In this document: positions 61,787-64,000 of the stretch, in pieces
How positions within the stretch are numbered: the stretch's first letter is position 1
How the letters are laid out: every line of letters starts with the position of its first letter
Assembly: GCF_963921235.1 (NCBI RefSeq)
Contig: NC_086097.1
Span: 137,022,001-137,086,000 of the forward strand
DNA from: Mobula hypostoma
Taxonomy: Eukaryota
Direction of reading: 5' to 3'
DNA: 64,000 nucleotides
Position numbers and translations under genes: made by a program
The notes under the pieces: generated by a model
What the model saw: the letters and a program-made list of their open reading frames with translations, nothing else
Told to the model about the DNA's origin: nothing
The model's database searches: none

Positions 61787-62005
61787 CACACACAGAAAGC
61801 CGGAGGAACTCAGCAGGCCAGGCTGCATCTATGGAAAAGAGTAGTCAGTCGACATTTCGGGCCGAGACACTTCATCAGGACTAGAAAAAGAGGTGATCTC
61901 ATGTCTTTTTCCAGTCCCGATGAAGGATTTCAGCCAGAAACGTCGACTGCTTACTCTCTTCCACAGATGCTGCCTGACCCACTGAGTTCCTCTGGCTTTT
62001 TGTGT
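61787..62005. repeat. Imperfect inverted repeat of Penelope termini (about 100-bp arms)
   Basis: ggaggaactcagcaggccagg...ttcatcaggactagaaaaaga versus tctttttccagtcccgatgaag...gagttcctc. Confidence 0.85.
61846..61883 (-). ncRNA. Candidate minimal type-I hammerhead ribozyme motif (Penelope-terminus derived)
   Basis: Minus strand reads UAGUC-CUGAUGA-A-GUG-UCUCGG-CCC-GAAA-UG-UC-GACUG. Core boxes intact, stem I UAGUC/GACUG, one mismatch in stem II. Confidence 0.6.
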
Positions 62006-62661
62006 TTACTACTTTGATTTTCAGCAACTGCAGGTTTTCTCTTGTTCTGCAATCTGTTATTGCTTTTCCCTTGTACTACCTCAATGGACTTGTGTTTTCA
62101 ATTCAATGGCTTGCAAAACCACGCTTTTCAAATTCAAGTTCAATTAGCATTCAACCATTCATGAATACCCATGAACACAGCCAAATGAAACAGCGTTACT
62201 CTGGGGCCAAAGTGCAAGACACAGTACAAACAGTCATACCCACAAGGCACACACAGCACACAAGACAATGAACACATAAAATATTGGTGAAATACCGTCA
62301 CGCACACAAAAATAAATCCAAGACCCTGAGTCCATGAATGTTGCAGCAGTCTGCAGTTGAAAACAATAGGCTTGTCTTTTGCCAAGTGAACACTAGGGTG
62401 TAACACCAGCTCCAGCTTGGATGCCACGGCACACCGCCCCGGTAATTTGGTGAAGTGTCCAATGTCAACACCTCCCCCGGACGATTGCAAACAAGTGACA
62501 CTGTGGCTTAAGGCCTAGTCCTAACTGTGACCAAGGCCACACAGCTCCCACACTGTCTGCCCTCCCATCTGCCAGAAATCAGTGAATCACTCTTGCAGAA
62601 TTTCACATTGACAATGTCCGACAGTGTCTTGCGGTCACGAGAAAAGTGACTACGCCAATCA

Positions 62662-64000
62662 CAGACATCCCACCCTGCAAAAATCCATTTCAGGGAGGTA
62701 GCCCCCCACAACCCCATATCCCCTCCCCCCCCCCACCTCCGTCGTCCTCCAAGGTATGTAATACTTTGTTTAGTGATTTTGTCTAATCTGTAAACCAAGT
62801 TGGGTATATGCAGAAAATGTGACATTAAAGTATGTACTTATATTATATTATATTATCATGTTTATTCTATTACAACTTTAAGCAAGTCTACAGGGAGTTT
62901 GGCCTCATCACGTAGGACATCAATAGCTTAGCTCCTTAGCAGCCAGCCAGCTAGTTTAAATAATGTTAGCTATGCTAATGAACGAATGACACCTGTTAAA
63001 CTCACCTCAACATGTCTTTTACATTTTAACCCACCATGGGCAATAGAAAAGTCACTGTCGCAAACAGTGCAGCAAGCATCACTGTCATTATTTTTGAGGT
63101 TGACTGTAAAGCCCACAGAGAAAACTGATAGATTTACTTAGCAGGGGTCCGCAATCATTTTTGTACCGCAGTCCGGTTTAATAATGACAATATTCTTGCG
63201 GACCAGCCGACCGGGGGCGGGGGTGTTAATCACAACCGGAATATAGGTGATAAGTCAATCGCATCATAACATTTTAAGTAATATTTGGATATTAAACACA
63301 CAGCGCATATTTTCCCCGTATGAATATATAAAATCATTGCAACACACCAATATCGCTGAATCAGTGGGAGCCCTGGGCTTGTTTTCTTGCAACAACACGG
63401 TCCTATCGAGGGGTGATGAGAGACAGCGATACTCGAATGGGGTTCCTTATGTCCAGTCTATTCCACAATTTAGTTTTCGTTGCATTCATTGCAGAAAACT
63501 CTGCTTAGCAGAGATATGTTGGAAATGAAAGCAACGTTTTCAGTGCTTCTGTAGCTTTCTCAGGATATTCAGCCTCGACTTTGATCCAGAATGCCGGCAA
63601 GGAAGTTATGTCAAACATACTTTTCAGCCTGTCGTCATTTGCAAGCTCGAGGAGTTGATCTTTTTCCTGCGCTGAAATGGATGATTCACCAGGGACATTC
63701 ACAAATGGGTCACGGACCCATTCCTTTGCACGTCTCGGGTCACTGATGGCCTCGCGTGTGTTCAAATTCAACAGTGCGTGATAAGGAATGAGGAAAGGTG
63801 CAGCTGACTCATATCGTTTCATGTTGCCAAATCATATTGTTTCCTCGCGGCCTGACTCTTAGCGCGAAGAGAGACCAATCAGGATGCTTGCTCTCCCTCT
63901 CCCTCTCAAATAAATCTATTTCCGGGATATTGTATATAATTTCCGGGCGACAGGGAGCCACTACCGACATGCAGGAGACTCCCGGAACTTCAGGGAGAGG
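62662..64000. mobile_element. Probable DNA-transposon-derived element hosting the hAT copy; runs off the window end
   Basis: Starts CAGACATCCCACC. Shares the module gttaaactcacctcaacatgtcttttaca with about 30245-30273. The other terminus is not visible. Confidence 0.4.
63142..63852 (-). mobile_element. Third copy of the hAT family, right TIR missing
   Basis: Left TIR CAGGGGTCCGCAATC; transposase fragment QLLELAND...FWIKVEAEYPEKATEALKTLLSFPTYLC. Confidence 0.85.

Overview
Vertebrate genomic DNA, most likely from a cartilaginous fish (inferred from V-SINE/HE1-like and Deu-domain SINEs plus abundant CR1, Rex1-like and Penelope-like repeats). The window is the interior of a collagen XIV alpha-1 gene (COL14A1) on the minus strand. 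I located 18 consecutive GT-AG exons (57575 down to 421; 2427 nt, 809 codons) with fully consistent splice phases. They encode vWA1, FN3 repeats 2-7, a Thr/Pro linker and half of FN3-8; both ends of the gene lie outside the window. The introns are mostly transposon-derived: a near full-length CR1 LINE, two further long CR1 copies, Rex1/Babar-like and L2 fragments, Penelope-like GIY-YIG elements, hAT elements with 8-bp TSDs, a probable solo LTR, SINEs and minisatellites. The most interesting observations are three. (1) All three CR1 ORF1/ORF2 junctions carry U_UUA_AAC directly before the ORF1 stop, and ORF2 has no AUG ahead of its endonuclease domain, suggesting -1 ribosomal frameshifting. (2) Minimal hammerhead-ribozyme motifs occur in Penelope termini and in short palindromic derivatives. 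(3) An inverted pair of closely related CR1 copies brackets three COL14A1 exons. None of this was tested computationally, and novelty was not checked against databases or literature.
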